This document shows positions 1-20,845 of a DNA stretch of 64,000 nt, one piece after another. The stretch lies in NCBI RefSeq assembly GCF_009914755.1, contig NC_060940.1; one strand, given 5' to 3'. The notes beneath the pieces are model-generated. The model did no database searches. It had not been told where the DNA came from and worked only from the letters and a program-made list of their open reading frames with translations. The position numbers and the translations under genes are program-made. This DNA comes from the human T2T-CHM13v2.0 reference genome, Homo sapiens. How positions within the stretch are numbered: position 1 is the stretch's first letter; every line of letters starts with the position of its first letter.

Positions 1-152
1 TTTTGCAATATTTTTTAATTGTTTAATTTTTTTGTATCCTTATTCCTTAGTCTGCAATGAATTTATTTTTGTATCTAGTATAAGATACAAGTTCAATTTT
101 ATTTTTATTTTCTTTAGGTGGATAGCCCAGTTGTGCCAGCACTGTTAAACAC

Positions 153-193
<41 letters not shown>

Positions 194-1673
194 AGACTGG
201 GCCTCGCTCCATTGCCCAGAGTAGAGTGCCATGGTGCAATTACAGCTCACTGGAGCCTTGACCTCCTGGGGCAAGTGATTCTCCCACCTCAGCCTCCTGA
301 GTGTCTGGGACTATAGGCATGTGCCACTATACCTGGCTAATTTTTGTATTTTTTGTAGATACAGGGTTTTTCCATGTTGCCTAGGCTGGTCTCAAAGTCC
401 TGGACTCGGTCTGTCCACCTTGGCCTCCCAAAGTGCTGGGATTATAGGCATGAGCCACCATACCCGGCCTTTGGCATATTTTAAAATTGGGTTGTTCGTT
501 GTTTTTTTTCCCATGATTTCTAGGAGATTTTTATATATTTGTCTGTGACATGAATGGACAGTATTGGGAGTTTGTCATTTGTTTCCAGCTTTGTCTGATG
601 TATATTTTATTGTACAGAGTTACTGATTTGTTTTGTTTTGAGTCAGAGTCTTGCCCTATGGCCCAGGCTGGAGTGCAGGTGCAGGATCTCGGCTAACTGC
701 AACCTCCACCCTCCCAGGTTCAAGCTATTCTCCTGCCTCAGCCTCCCAAGTAGCTGGGATTACAGGCGCCCACTGCCACGCCTGGCTAATTTTTGTATTT
801 TTAGCGGAGATGGGGTTTCACCATGTTGGCCAGGCTGGTATTTGATTTTTTTGTAGTCAGATTTCTTAGTCATAGTTAGAAGGGCCTTGTGCACTCCAAG
901 GTTTATAAAGCAATTAGCCAAGTGTTTTCTTGTAGTATTTTTGTTTTTTCTTTCTTTTCTATTTTTATTTTTGTACTAAACGTGCATTGTTTTTGTTAAT
1001 ACAATTTGGCCAAATGCTGAATAGTTTAGTGTTAAAAATCGGATGAGGTAGAAGCCCAGTTCACCATTATAGAATCAATAAAGTTCTAGGTCACCAAAGT
1101 TTTATGTATTTATGTTTTGAGACAAGGTCTCTCTCTGTCGCCCCTGCTGGAGTGCAGTGGCACGATCACTTCAGCCTCCCCAGTAGCTGGGACTACAGTC
1201 ATGTGCCACCATGACTCACTAATTTGTGTATTCTTTGTAAAGACCGGGTTTCTCCATGTTGCCTAGGCTCCAAAGCTTTATTTTAAAGACTTGAAAATGT
1301 TACAATTTTGTGCAAGTTTAATAGTTATATTTAGAACGTTTGACAGTCTTCTCCAAGAACAAGAGTTTCTCAGCACCATCAGCTGTTTGATTGCTCTCAT
1401 GGTCCTTCTTCTATACGTCCCTCAAACGAAACTACTCACTTTTAACTGAGGACAGGCACTTTGTATAAGAATAACCTTGAAAAGTGTGCAGGACCTAATT
1501 GGAAGTAACTAAAAATTAAATACATTTCCTAAAGGTTACTTTGTTTCATATGAGTACTAAGATGCCAAAAAGTTTTACAAAAATTCAAATAGATTTAATC
1601 TAGTTTTACTCTTTTCATAAGTTTTTCATTTTATTTTATTTATTTATTTTTGAGACAGAGTCTTGCTCTGTAG

Positions 1674-1841
<168 letters not shown>

Positions 1842-2250
1842 TGACCTCAAGCGATCCACCACCTCGGCCTCCCAAAGTGCTGGGATTATAGCCGTTAGCT
1901 CTCACACCCAGTCCAACTTACACATTTTTTTTTTTTAAAGAGATGGGGTCACACAGTGTTTTCCAGGCTGGTCTCAAACTCCTGGATTCAAACAATCTTC
2001 CCATCTCGGCTTGCCAAAGTGTTGGGATTACAAGCATGAGCCACTGTGCCCAGCCAATTCCATGGACTTTTAAAGCATTTTTTGGCTCAAAAAGGATATG
2101 TTCTTAGTTATCTAACCAGTATATCTCTTTATATTTACTGAAAATCTGTTTTCCTATTTAAGTATTTTCAGGTTCTCAATAACTGCACATGAAATTAACA
2201 GCTTTCATAGTCACAAATTATTGCAATATTTTGCTGTTATACTAAATATG

Positions 2251-2534
2251 GGTTTTTTTTGTTTGTTTTTAAGACAGAGTCTAGCTCTGTTACCCAGGCT
2301 GGAGTGCATTGGCACAATCTTGGCTCACTGCAAGCTCCGCCTCCCAGGTTCATGCCATTCTCCTGGCCTCAGCCTCCCGAGTACCTGGGACAACAGGCAC
2401 CCGCTACCACGAACCGGCTAATTTTTTTGTATTTTTAGTAGAGATGGGGTTTCGCCATGTTAGCCAAGATGGTCTCGATCTCCTGACTTTGTGATCCACC
2501 CGCCTCAGCCTCCCAAAGTGCTGGGATTACAGGC
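2251..2534 (-). mobile_element. 5'-truncated AluY-like element with TSD ACTAAATATG (2241-2250 and 2535-2544)
   Basis: AluY-type positions (gcaagctccgcc, gttagcc..gatggtctcgatc) and an exact 10-nt flanking repeat. Confidence 0.8.
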
Positions 2535-2679
2535 ACTAAATATGCTTTTATACATTAGTTGACAGAATTTCAACATATAAAATACATAAAGCAATTTTCA
2601 CTCCAGTTACAACTAGCATGCTGACCTTTATTTCAAAGTAAATACGCTAGGTGAGATAGCTCATGCCTGTAATCTGTCA

Positions 2680-3169
<490 letters not shown>

Positions 3170-3569
3170 TTAAACCCAGGGTGTCGAGGTTGCAGGGAAA
3201 TTCAGAAATGCCACTGAAGGGCCAGGCATGGTGTCCAACACCTACAATCCCAGCACTTTGGGAGGCAGAAGCAGGTGCATCACCTGAAGTCGGGAGTTCG
3301 AGACCAGCGTGGCCAACATGGTGGAATGCTGTCTCTACTAAAAATACAAAAATTAGCAGGATGTGGTGGTGCGTGCCTGTAATCCCAGCTACTTGGGAGG
3401 CTGAGACAGAAGAATCATTTGAACCCCGGAGGCAGAGGTTGCACTCCGCCTGGGTGACAAGAGTGGAACTCCATCTTAAAAAAAAAAAAAAAAAAGGCAC
3501 TGAAGCTGGTCCCCAGTTCCCTAGCATTCCAGAAGCAAAATAGATTTTGACCAAATAAGGAGTTTGTTA

Positions 3570-4130
3570 AAATTTCCGATTCAGTCGGAGTTTGTGTTAG
3601 GGTACAGTATGAGGTACGAATCTAATAATTTTTTCCTGGTGGGTACCCAGTGGTCCCTAAAACTAGAACTGAACCTGCCATCTTTTTACCAATGATCTGT
3701 GATGCCACCTTTATTATAAATTAAACTCTTGTCTATTTCTGGACCTTTGGTTCCTTTGTTCTTACAACCAGTAGCATACTATTCTTCATTGTTGAGGCTT
3801 TATAGTAGTGCGTTCTGACTCTCTGGTAGAGCTAGTTCCCTGATCTCTTTTACAGAGTTCCTCTGATCATTCTTGTTTCATTGTCACAGGATCTTTCAAA
3901 TCAGTCCAGTTTATTCCCCCAGTAGAAACGTATTAAGACAGTGTTAAATTTATCAGTTTAACTTGTGGAGAATTAATTTCTGCATGATAATGGGTCTTCC
4001 TCTTTATATACTCAGTATGTCTGCATTTCTGCAAGCATTCTGTACTACTCTACATATTATTATGTGAATATTTTATCTTTGATATGTCAACCTTAGGGCT
4101 GTTTTAACTGTTTCTGGTATTGTACTCCGA
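3570..4130 (-). mobile_element. Old L1 (L1M-type) fragment; related pieces at about 1-150, 475-620 and 845-945
   Basis: T-rich degenerate sequence resembling antisense L1 ORF2 3' region; recognised by eye. Confidence 0.5.
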
Positions 4131-4807
4131 AGTATTATCCCTTTGTTGTTGGTAGTAGTGTGTTTTTTGTTTTTGTTTTTCGAGACAGGGTCTGGCATTG
4201 TTACCCAGGCTGGAGTGCAGTGGCATAGTCATGGCTTACTGTACCCTTGAATTCCTGGGCTCAAGCAGTCCTCCTACCTCAGCCTCCGAGTAGCTGGGAC
4301 TACAGGCACGCATCATGCACGGCTAATTTTTTTACTTTTTGTAGAGACAGGGTCTCTCTATATTACCCAGGCTGGTCTTGAACCCTGGGCCTCAAGCGGT
4401 CCTCACACCTTGGCCTCCCAAAGTGCTGGGATTATAGGCATGAACCACTGTGCTTGTCCCTTTGTTGTTTTTAATCGGTACTGTGGTAACTTTATCCTAT
4501 CCACTACTTCTAAAGACCCTGTGAGGGTAGGTACTTGTATGACTCCATCTAGACATAGTAGGATATGTTGAATAAATGAACTGATGCAGCCATTAATCAG
4601 TGCAGTTATTAATTTGGTGATTGAAGGAACTGAGGATGAAGGAGATCAAGTTCCGCAATGATACTCAGTGAGTTCTAGGTGGAGGAGGAGCTGGGTGTTA
4701 ACTCCTGGGTTCCTCTCCAAACACGTGCTTCTGACCACTGTGGGATACAGTTAGCAGGTTGTGTAAGGTCTGGGGACAGACACAGGGTCAATAATAAAAA
4801 TTGCTGA

Positions 4808-5233
<426 letters not shown>

Positions 5234-6083
5234 TGAGAGAAAACTGAGGTGCAGAGAAGGTGGTTTTCCCAGAATTATAACAGATTGTTTTCTTACAGCA
5301 CTTGGCAGTGCCTTTACCACAGTGTTTATGCCCTTCACAAGAAGGGGTTGTGAGCAGGGCAGCTGGGCTGGTACTGGGCATTTTGAACTTCCACTGAGAG
5401 GTTAAATATGATCTCTTCCACCTGCTTAAGTGCATCTTATGCCTGGCACAATGCCTCATGCCTGTAATCTCAGTAACTCAGGAGGCTGAGGCGGGAGGAT
5501 CTCTTGAGCCCAAGAGTTTGAGATTGCAGTGAGCTGTGATTGTACCACTGCACTTCGGCCTGAGAGACACAGCAAAAACCTGTGTCTTAAAAAATCATGT
5601 TGTTATATGTGTTTATTAGGTTATTATTATTTTGAGATGGAGTCTCACTTTGTTGTCTAGGCTGGAGTGCAGTGGTATAATCTGGGCTCACTACAACCTC
5701 TGCTTCCTGGCAGTTCTCCCACCTCAGCCTCCCAAGTAGCTGGGATTACACTACAACTGGCTAATTTTTGTATTTCTAGTAGAGACAGGATTTTGCCATT
5801 TGCCCAAGCTTGCCAGGCTGGTCTTGAACTCCTGATCTCAGGTCTTCCACCTGCCTCGGCCTCCCAAAGGGCTGGGATTACAGGCATGAGCCACCTTGCC
5901 CAGTCATATTAGGTTATTTTTAATGCTGGTTGGCATTGTGAGCTTGCAAGAGAAGATGGAGCATAGTGGTCTTCTCAAACCACCAAATGCCACATGCAGT
6001 CCTGATAGGGCTTTGGCTTATTGCTGAGTGCTGTGTGGGCAGCATCTTATTTAATCCTCATGACAGCCTCGTGCACCCCATGA

Positions 6084-6467
<384 letters not shown>

Positions 6468-6931
6468 TGAGCAACATCTTGTCCCACAAGCTCTCCCAGC
6501 ATTATCTTTACAGGGACCCCACACCCTGCTCTGCACCCAGGTTGTCTAATCAGAGGGTGTCGGACTGCACTGGGCAGACTCTTGCCTTGGGCCCTGGCTG
6601 GAGCTGAGAACAGTCAGACATCCAGCCCTGTAAGGGCCCCTTATGGGTATTTAGAGAAATAGCTTTGGGGTTCACAGATGAAGTCCTTGTATTGGGATTC
6701 TGCCTCTGGGCAGCAGAATTTATTTCCAGAAAGATGCTTCCTGGTCTGTAATTCACAAACACAGCAAACTACCCTGATGCTCAGTAGGAACAGAGAGTTT
6801 TGTGGGGAGATCTGGCACAGTGGCTCACACCTGTAATCCCAGCACTTTGGGAGGCCGAGGATCTCTTGAGCCCAGGAGTTTGAGACCAGCCTGGGCAGCA
6901 TAGTGGGACTCCATCTTTACAAAAACATTTA

Positions 6932-7084
<153 letters not shown>

Positions 7085-7382
7085 TTAAGAAGCAAAGATG
7101 TTGTGGGGAGAAATTTCTGGTGGAATTGCCAGCTAGCCTATTATTTTTGTGACTTGATGGCAACCAATATATTTGGCTAAAACTTTGAAACCTCATCAGC
7201 ATTTGCTCTTTTTCAGTTGGCACTTCCAGAGGTAGAATGTTGAAACTGTAATGAGGCATTTGGCCAGGCACAGTGGTTCACACCTGTAATCCCAGCACTT
7301 TGGGAGGCTGAGGCAGGTGGATCACCTGAGCTCAGGAGTTTGAGACCAGCCTGGACAACATAGAGAAACCCCATCTCTACTA

Positions 7383-7679
<297 letters not shown>

Positions 7680-8656
7680 CTATCTCTGCTCACTGCAACC
7701 TCTGCCTCCCAGGTTCAGCGATTCCCCTGCTTCAGCCTCCTGAGTAGCTGGGACTGCAGGTGTGCACCACCATGCCTGGCTAATTTTTATATTTTTAATA
7801 GAGGTGGGGTTTCACCATGTTGGCCAGGCTGGTCTTGAACTCCTGACCCCAGGTGATCTGCCTGCCTCGGCCTCCCAAAGTGCTGGGATTATAGGGGTGG
7901 GTCACTGTTGCTGGCCCAATTAATTATTTATAACGTCGATTTGCTTTCTAATGTGTAACCAGTAGGTGGGGGATAAAAAGTAAAAATTCTTAAGTTTAAT
8001 AAAGTAGTTGTTCCTAGATGTCCATCAGTAATGAAGTGGTTAAATGAAGTACATAGATGTATTTTGTGAAATGTTAATGGTTAAAATGAACAGTAGATAG
8101 AAATGTTGTGGTAGAAAGATTGCCAAGGCTAGGCACAGTGGCTGATGCCTGTAATCTCAGTGCTTTGAGAGACGGACGCAAGAGGATTGCTTGAGCCTAG
8201 GAGTTCAAGATGAGCCTGGACAACATAGTGATACCCCATCTCTACAAAAATGAAAATTGTAAAAATTAGGCCTGGTGGCATATGTCTGTAGTTCCAGCTA
8301 CTTAGGAGGCTGAAGTGGGAGGATGACTTGAGCCCAGGAGTTCAAGGTTACATTGAGCTATGATTGTGCCACCGCACCCCAGCCTGGGTGACTGAGTCAG
8401 ACCCTGTCTCTAAAACAAAAATCATTGCCAAGACATACCACTGAAGTGGGGAGAGTAAGTCATACACAGGACAACATATTGTATGTTTCCAGTAATGCTT
8501 AATAAAAAATTTTCTTGTTTTATGCTCAGTAGATACATACATATGTATAAAGTTTATGTTTGAAAATGGAGAGAACAGCTGGGCGCAGTGGCTCACGCCT
8601 GTATTCCCAGCACTTTGGGAGGCCAAGGTGGGTGGATCACCTGAGGTCAGGAGTTA

Positions 8657-8971
<315 letters not shown>

Positions 8972-9259
8972 TTATTTTTGAGACAGTCTTGCTCTGTCAC
9001 ACAGGCTGGAGTGCAGTGGCGTGATCTCAGCTCACTGCACTCACTGCTTGTGCCCCAGGCTCAAGCGATTGTCTTGCCTCAGCCTCCCAAGCAGCTGGGA
9101 CTACAGGCGCTCACCACCACGCATGGCTAATTTTTTGTATTTTTAATAGAGACGGGGTTTTGCCATGTTGGCCTGAAAATTCCTGACCTCAAGCAATCCT
9201 CCCATCTCGACCTCTCAGAGTGCTGGGATTATAGGCTTGAGCCAGTGCAACTGGCCTTT

Positions 9260-9301
<42 letters not shown>

Positions 9302-9854
9302 GAGCCAGAGGTCTCACTCTCGCCCAGGCTGAAGTGGTATGATCATGGCTTACTGCAGCCTCGACCTACTGGATTAATGTGATTCTTACACCTCAGCCTC
9401 CCAAAGTGCTGGGATTACAGGCATGAGTCACTGCTCCCGGGCATATTTTCATTTAGTGTTCTAAATACACTGCTATGTTGGAATTGTTTTTTCAATAATA
9501 AAAGCATTAGTGTGTCACTGTCATAGCTTTTTAAAAATCTGAAACCATTTTGTTAGTCAAGAGAAACATCCTGTAGAGTTCCAAGTCTGCTAGGCAAGGT
9601 CCTGTGGGTTTCCCTTTATTTGGGGTTTCTACCTGGAGTGTTTCACCCCAGTAGGTCTTTTTTCTGACTGGTATCTACTGTTGAACCTCTCTCCCTGCAC
9701 CCCACCAACCCTAAGCAAGGACTTAAATTCCCTTTTTGTTTTTTGAGACGTAGTCTTGCTCTTGTCACCCAGACTGGAGTGCGCTGGAGCAATCTCAGCT
9801 CACTGCCACCCTGGCCTCCCAGGTTCAAATGATTCTCATGCCTCATCCTCCTGA

Positions 9855-10323
<469 letters not shown>

Positions 10324-10430
10324 TGATGATTTGCATCAGGCTCAGAGCCTGATTTGCTCTCAGGCTTTGAGCAGAGAGTAGACTGGGATGTTCTTGGGGA
10401 TGGGCATTGAGATCAGTGAGGACTGGGTAA

Positions 10431-10727
<297 letters not shown>

Positions 10728-11676
10728 TAGGTGGAGACACAGTCTTGCCATGTCGCCCAGGCTGGTATCAAATTCCTGGACTCAAGTGATCCGCCCACCT
10801 CGGCTGATCCCATAGTGCTGGGATTACAGGTGTGAGCCACCGCGCCTGGTCAAAAATCCTCTTGTTGAATATAAAACCTCCCAAATTTGAAATGTCACTG
10901 ACCAAATACAAAAAAGTAAAAAGCGTTCTGTGGGTTTAGTAATACATCCACCGAGAGCTAGACTCAGCGTAACGTGTGCTGCATGGGCAGAAAAAAAGAA
11001 TCTCAGTTCTCACCCCAGCCCCTCTGCTGACAGCTTCCGATCAGGCCTTTTACAGCAGATATTAATAACAGACAGTTAAGGAGTGCTCAGTGTGTGCTGG
11101 CCAGCCTGCAGCCTTCGCCGCAGGCCCAGGATGCAGGTGCTGTCCCCGTTTGATGAAAGTGAGGCTCTGAGTTAAGCAGAGTCATGAAGCAATTGAATGG
11201 CAGATGGTTTGGGATTCAGACCCAGGCAGGCAGGCTCCAGGGCTTACCCTACCATCTACTACCTTATCCCTTAGCTTGTCCCCTGGGCATGAAGAGACCA
11301 GTGAGACTTCTAGAATTCCGGTGCAGAGCCCTTCTGTTTAGTTTTGTTGAGATGGAGTTTTGCTCTGTTGCCCAGGCTGGAGTGCAATGGTGCGATATTG
11401 GCTCGCTGTAACCCCCTCCTCCCAGGTTCAAGTGATTCTCCTGCCTCAGCCTCCTGAGTAAGCTTGAATTACAGGTGCCCACCACCATGCCTGGCTAATC
11501 TTGTATTTTTAGTAGAGATGGGGTTTCACCATGTTGGCCGGGCTGGTCTCAAACTACTGACCTCAGGTGATCTGCCTGCCTCAGCCCCTGAAAGTGGTGG
11601 TATTACATGTATGAGTCACTGTGCCTAGCCCCAGTCTAGAGCCATTTTGCATACTTTATTTCATTGTTGTTTTTAG

Positions 11677-11781
<105 letters not shown>

Positions 11782-11829
11782 TGAGTAGCTGGGACTAGAG
11801 GCATGCAACTCCATGCCTGGCTATGTTTC

Positions 11830-12300
11830 CACACTTCAATATGCATGTAGCTTACCTGGGGATCTTGGTAGAATGTACCTCAGATCAAGTGGGTCTTGGG
11901 TGGGGCCTGAAATTTCTTTCTCTCTTTTTTTTTTTTTTTGAGACAAAGTCTTGCTCTGTCGGCCAGGCTGGAGTGCAGCGGCATTGATCTTGGCTCACTG
12001 CAGCCTCTGCCTCCTGGATTCAAGCGATTCTCATGCCTCAGCCTCCCGAGTAGCTGGGATTACAGGCAGGCACCTGTTACCATGCCCAGCTAATTTTGTA
12101 GTTTTAGTAGAAACAAGATTTTGCCATGTTGGCCAGGCTGGTCTTGAACTCCTGACCTCAACTGATCGAACTGCCTCGGCCTCTGAAAGCACTGGGATTA
12201 CAGGTGTGAGCTACTGTGCCTGGCCGAGAGATTCTGCATTTCTAACAGTTCTCATGTGCTGCTGGTGCATGGACCCCACTTGGAGAAGAGAGGCTCTGCA
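11830..12300. mobile_element. MER5A-like hAT-Charlie element interrupted by an Alu (about 11915-12226)
   Basis: cacacttcaatatgcat..cacctggggatcttg-like start, gggtggggcctga, then gattctgcatttctaaca..ggacccca. Confidence 0.6.
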
Positions 12301-12526
12301 GAGCGGGACCCTTGTAAAGCTGGATCATCCTGTCTATAGTTCTTGTATCTATCACAGATGCCATTATGTTAATTAACTATATGGATTTTCTACAATTTCA
12401 AAAGGATTTGTTTTGGGTTTGTTTAAAAAGACTAATGTGGCTGGGCACGGTGGCTCATGCCTGTAAATACCAGCCCTTTGGGCGGCCAAGGTGGGAGGAT
12501 CGCTTGAAACTAGGAGTTCATGATCA

Positions 12527-12751
<225 letters not shown>

Positions 12752-13048
12752 TCAAGAGGCCAAGGCAGGAGAATCGCTTGAACCTGGGAGGCGGAGGTTG
12801 CAGTGAGCTGAGATCACATCACCGCACTCCAGTCCGGGTGACAGAGCAAGACTAACATGTAAAAATAAGTATTTGTTGCAGTCATCACAAGGACTTGAAA
12901 AATTGGTTGTCATACGGGCCTTGGGTGTGTGATGCGGTTAACTACGGAAAGAAATAGGGTAGCTTTTGGGATCCGAGGAAAGGCGTCAGTGTCCCTCCTG
13001 TCCCGTGGTTTTGGATCTAGCGATGTTAACGCACAGACATGACTATAG

Positions 13049-13282
<234 letters not shown>

Positions 13283-15622
13283 TAGAGACAGGGTCTTGCT
13301 CTGTTGCTCAGGCTGGAGTGTAGTGGTATGATCACAACTCACTGCAGCCTCAAAATCCTGGGTTCAAGCGATCCTCTCACCTTAGCTTCCCGAGGAGCTT
13401 GGACCACAGGTGTGCGCCACTATGCCTGGCTGATACTTTCATTTTTTTGTAGTAATGTGGGTATCGCTGTGTTGCCCAGGCTGGTCTTAAACTCCTGGCC
13501 TCAAGTGATCCTCCCAGGTTGGCCTCCCAAAGTTCTGGGATTACAGGCATGAGCCAATGCGTCCAGCCCCTTTCATAGCAGTGTGGTGAGTTTTAGGTGT
13601 GGCTGCTCCTTTAGCATCCCTGGGAATCATTAGAGCTTCCTGTGGGAGTTACTGCCAGACACTCAGAGCTCTGACTCGAAGCCCTGCTCTGAACCCTATG
13701 TATGTCTCTTTCCTTTTACCGTTTTTCCTCTAGGAAATTTGGGAAATTAGGGTGATATGTGTGTTTTTTCCTTAACTCGAAAAATTAAGGAGCACTTGGA
13801 AACTGCCTTCTCTTTTGGCCGGGTGCTCATACCTGTAATCCCAGTGCTTTGGGAGGCCAAGGTGGGAGATTACTTGAGCTCAGGAGTCTGACACCAGCCC
13901 AGGCAACATGGTGAAACCCCCTGCCCCGACTTGGCCTCTACAAGAATGCAAAAATTAGCCAGGCCTGATGGTGTACACTGGTGGTCCCAGCTACTCAGGA
14001 GGCTGAGAGGTGGGAGGATTGCTTCAGCCTGGGAGGTTGAGGCTGAGTGAGCTGAGATTCCAACACTGCACTCCATCCTGGGTGACAGCACGACGTTGTC
14101 TCAGAAGAGAAAAAAACTGCCACCTTTTTTTTTTTTTTTTTTTTTTTTGGTTTGTTTCTTGGGGTTTAAGTGAATTTTGACACTTTGGGAGACCGAGATG
14201 GGTGGATCACCTGAAGTCAGGAATTCAAGACCAGCCTGGCCAACATGGTGAAACCCCATCTCTACTAAAAATACAAAAATTAGCCAGGAATGGTGGTGGG
14301 CACCTGCGATCCCAGCTACTTGAGAGGCTTATGCAGGAAAATTGTTTGAATCCGGGAGGCGGAGGTTGCAGTGAGCTGAGATCGCACCGCTGGGTGACAA
14401 AGTGAGACTTGGTCTCAAAAAAAAAAAAAAAAAATCTTGAAAGCCTAGGGCAAAGAATTTGGCCTTTCAGCTTTTATGTTAATTACAGGGAGGGATCCTT
14501 TTGTGCTTAAGTAAAAACATAGGTATTCTTTGTAGTTTATTTTTAAAAATGATGCCTAGAAGGCCACATAATTTAACTCCTACCAAGTTGTCACTGTACA
14601 CAGTGTATTTGTAGCTACAACTTAATAGAAGCTTGCAACTCATTTCTTTTGTTTTTACTTCTGGTTTTTGGCTGTCTGGTTTGCTATTCTAGAAGCAGGT
14701 CTGCATTTCAGTATTTAGCCTAGTTGGAGTATAGAGAAGCCTGGGGTGCTGTCAGTGTCCTTTTGGTTTCCTCAGGGTCTGTTGTAGCCAGACCAAGTCC
14801 TTACCAAACTTCTTGCCATTCTGCAGAGGTTTAACAAGGTAAACCAAAGGGTGAAGGATTCCAGAAGTGGATTTCCTACTTCCTACAAGCGGAGTTGGAT
14901 AATTGGTAGGTTAGTGATTTTTCCAGAAAGCTCCCATTTTAAAAAATTTTTTGTAATTAAAAAAGAATTTTTTTTTTTTTTAAGCCAAGCATGATTGTGC
15001 ATAGTCCTAGCTATTCAGGAGGCTGAGGTGGAAGGATTGCTTGAGCCTGGGAGGTTGAGGCTGCAGTGAGCCGTGATCTTTTTCCAGGCAGCTCCCAAAC
15101 ATTTTAAAAAATTTTTCGTAATTAAAAAAAATTTTTTGCATTAAAAATTTTTTTTATTAACTGGGCATGATTGCGGATGCCTATAATTCCAGCTGCTCAG
15201 GAGGCTGAGGTGGGAGGGATTGGTTGAGCCTGGGAGGTTGAGGCTGCAGTGAGCTGTGATCTCACCAGTGCACTCCAGCCTGGGTGACACAGCGTCTAAA
15301 AAAGTAAAAAACAAAACAAAAAAAAAAAACTGAGATGGGATCTTACTTTGTGGCCCAGGCTGGTCTCAAACTCCTGATGTCAAGCCATCCTCCTGCCTTG
15401 GCCTCCCAGAGTGCTGGGATTATAGGTGTGAGCCATTGTGCCCAGCCAGCTCCCAAATACTTAAGGTGCTTGGTTCTGAGACTGGCATATACGTTGGATT
15501 CCTCTTGGGGTCCCACCTTGGAATTCCAGTGCACAACAGTTTGAGAACCACTGTCTGGGGTTCGTTCTTCTGTACAGGCTCTGGTAAGACAGAATAGTCC
15601 TTGCCTATAACTTGAGAGATAA

Positions 15623-15886
<264 letters not shown>

Positions 15887-16354
15887 TAAATTATAGGATT
15901 ATTTCAGCAAACCTTATCCTCTCCTCTGCTCCCTGCAGGCAGCATTAGGTGGTGTCTTGTGGCTTGAACAAAGGGCTAGAGAGAGGGTCTTGTTTTGTGA
16001 GACAGGGTCTCACTCTGTCACCTAGGCTAGAATACGATGGCAGGATCATGGCTCACCCTCTGCCTCCCAGCTCAAACGATCCTCCCACCTCAGTCCCCCG
16101 AGTAGCTGGGAGTACAGGTGCGTGTCACCGTGCTCGGCTAATTTTTTGTATTTTTTCTAGAGACAGGTTTTGCCATGTTGCCGAGTTTGGTCTCAAACTC
16201 TGAGCTTCAAGTGATCCTCACCCTTCATCCTCCCAAAGTGCTGCGACGACAGGTGTGGGCTACCATGCCTGGCCAAGAAGGTCATTTTTATCATTTGATT
16301 CTACAGCTGCTACTCACGGTTACACTGTGAGAATGTCCTGTATAAAAGCCCTTA

Positions 16355-16675
<321 letters not shown>

Positions 16676-16795
16676 AAGCCCTTATTTGGGGAATTGAGCA
16701 TCAGTCATGGCTCTGCTTCCCCTGAAGTTTTTTTTTTTGTTTTGTTTTGTTTTTTTTTTGAGACGTCTTGCTCTGTCGCCTAGGCTGGAGTGTAG

Positions 16796-16918
<123 letters not shown>

Positions 16919-17626
16919 TAGTCGAGACGGGGTTTCACTGTGTTAGGATGGTCTTGATCTCGTGACATTGTGATCCACCCACCTCGGCCTCTCAAAGTGC
17001 TGGGATTACAGGCGTGAGCCACTGCAACCAGCCCTTTTTTTTCTTTTTAAATCTGTAGAACCTTTGAGAAACTGGCACTAACTTCTAGCCCAGACTATGT
17101 TCCTGAAACCAGCCACCCGATGGGACAGTGCAGATCTGATCTCTAACAGTGTCATTAATTTTCTTGCCTAAAGAAAATCAGGGCCAGGCTCAGTGGCTCA
17201 CACTTGTAATCCCAGCACTTTGGGAGGCTGAGGGCAGCGGATCAATTGAGCTCTGGAGGTTGAGGCCGCAGTGAGCCGTGTTCCCAGCCACTGCACTCCA
17301 GCCTGGGCGATGAAGCGAGACCTTGTCTCAGAAAAAAAAGGGGCAGCTTTCAGATTCAGGAATTCTGCAAGGTGTGTGACTACCATCTCTCTGGGCCCCA
17401 AGCCGTAGGAATTTGATGGGTTTGTAGCAGACACGTGACAGGAAATTAAGAATATTTTCCATGGCATGCACATAACTTTGAGACCTTTACACGTGGATTT
17501 TTAGGCCAGGTGCAGTGAAGTGGCTCACACCTGTAATCCCAGCACTTTGGGAGGCAGAAGTGGGTGGATCACTTGAGGCCAGGAGTTCACAAGACCAAAC
17601 TGGGCAACATGGTGAAACCCTATCTA

Positions 17627-18069
<443 letters not shown>

Positions 18070-18180
18070 TGAGACTGTAGTCTGCTTCTCATTGAGATTT
18101 CTAGAGGTGAGTTTTCAGATTAATTTTCCAGGCGATCTTCCCACCTTGACCTCCCAAGTGCTGGGGGTTACAAGCGTTAG

Positions 18181-18426
<246 letters not shown>

Positions 18427-18660
18427 TAGGTAAGAGATGGATTTTTCTAGTGGGTCTGAGACTGGGCGTTTTGTGTGACCTTGGAATCTGAGAGCCAGGT
18501 AGCCAGTGTCCTCTTCTTCATTTCACAGGAGAGAAAATTGAGACCCTGTGAGACCCTGCTCCTGACTCTTGATGTTCACCCTTATAACTCTCTGGGCCCC
18601 GGTGCTAGCCAGTTTGTCACAGCTGTTATGTCAGCTTAATTTGGTTTGCTCTGTCTGAAG

Positions 18661-18754
18661 GTTGGGGAAGCGCCTGGAATTTGGGAAGCCGCCTTCACAC
18701 ATGTCTTCATCGCCGCTGCCGTCAGCCCAGGGGGTAGTCAAGATGTTGCTTTAG
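18661..18754 (+). CDS. NDE1: NDE1 proximal terminal exon (KMLL isoform): LGKRLEFGKPPSHMSSSPLPSAQGVVKMLL*
   Basis: ttgctctgtctgaag|G acceptor; joins exon 8 in phase 2; TAG at 18752-18754; matches the known NDE1-KMLL C-terminus. Confidence 0.93.

Positions 18755-20845
<2,091 letters not shown>

Noticed and set aside
157-192. Long poly(T) runs (also 7599-7635 and about 9257-9301)
   Set aside because: Ordinary antisense Alu tails
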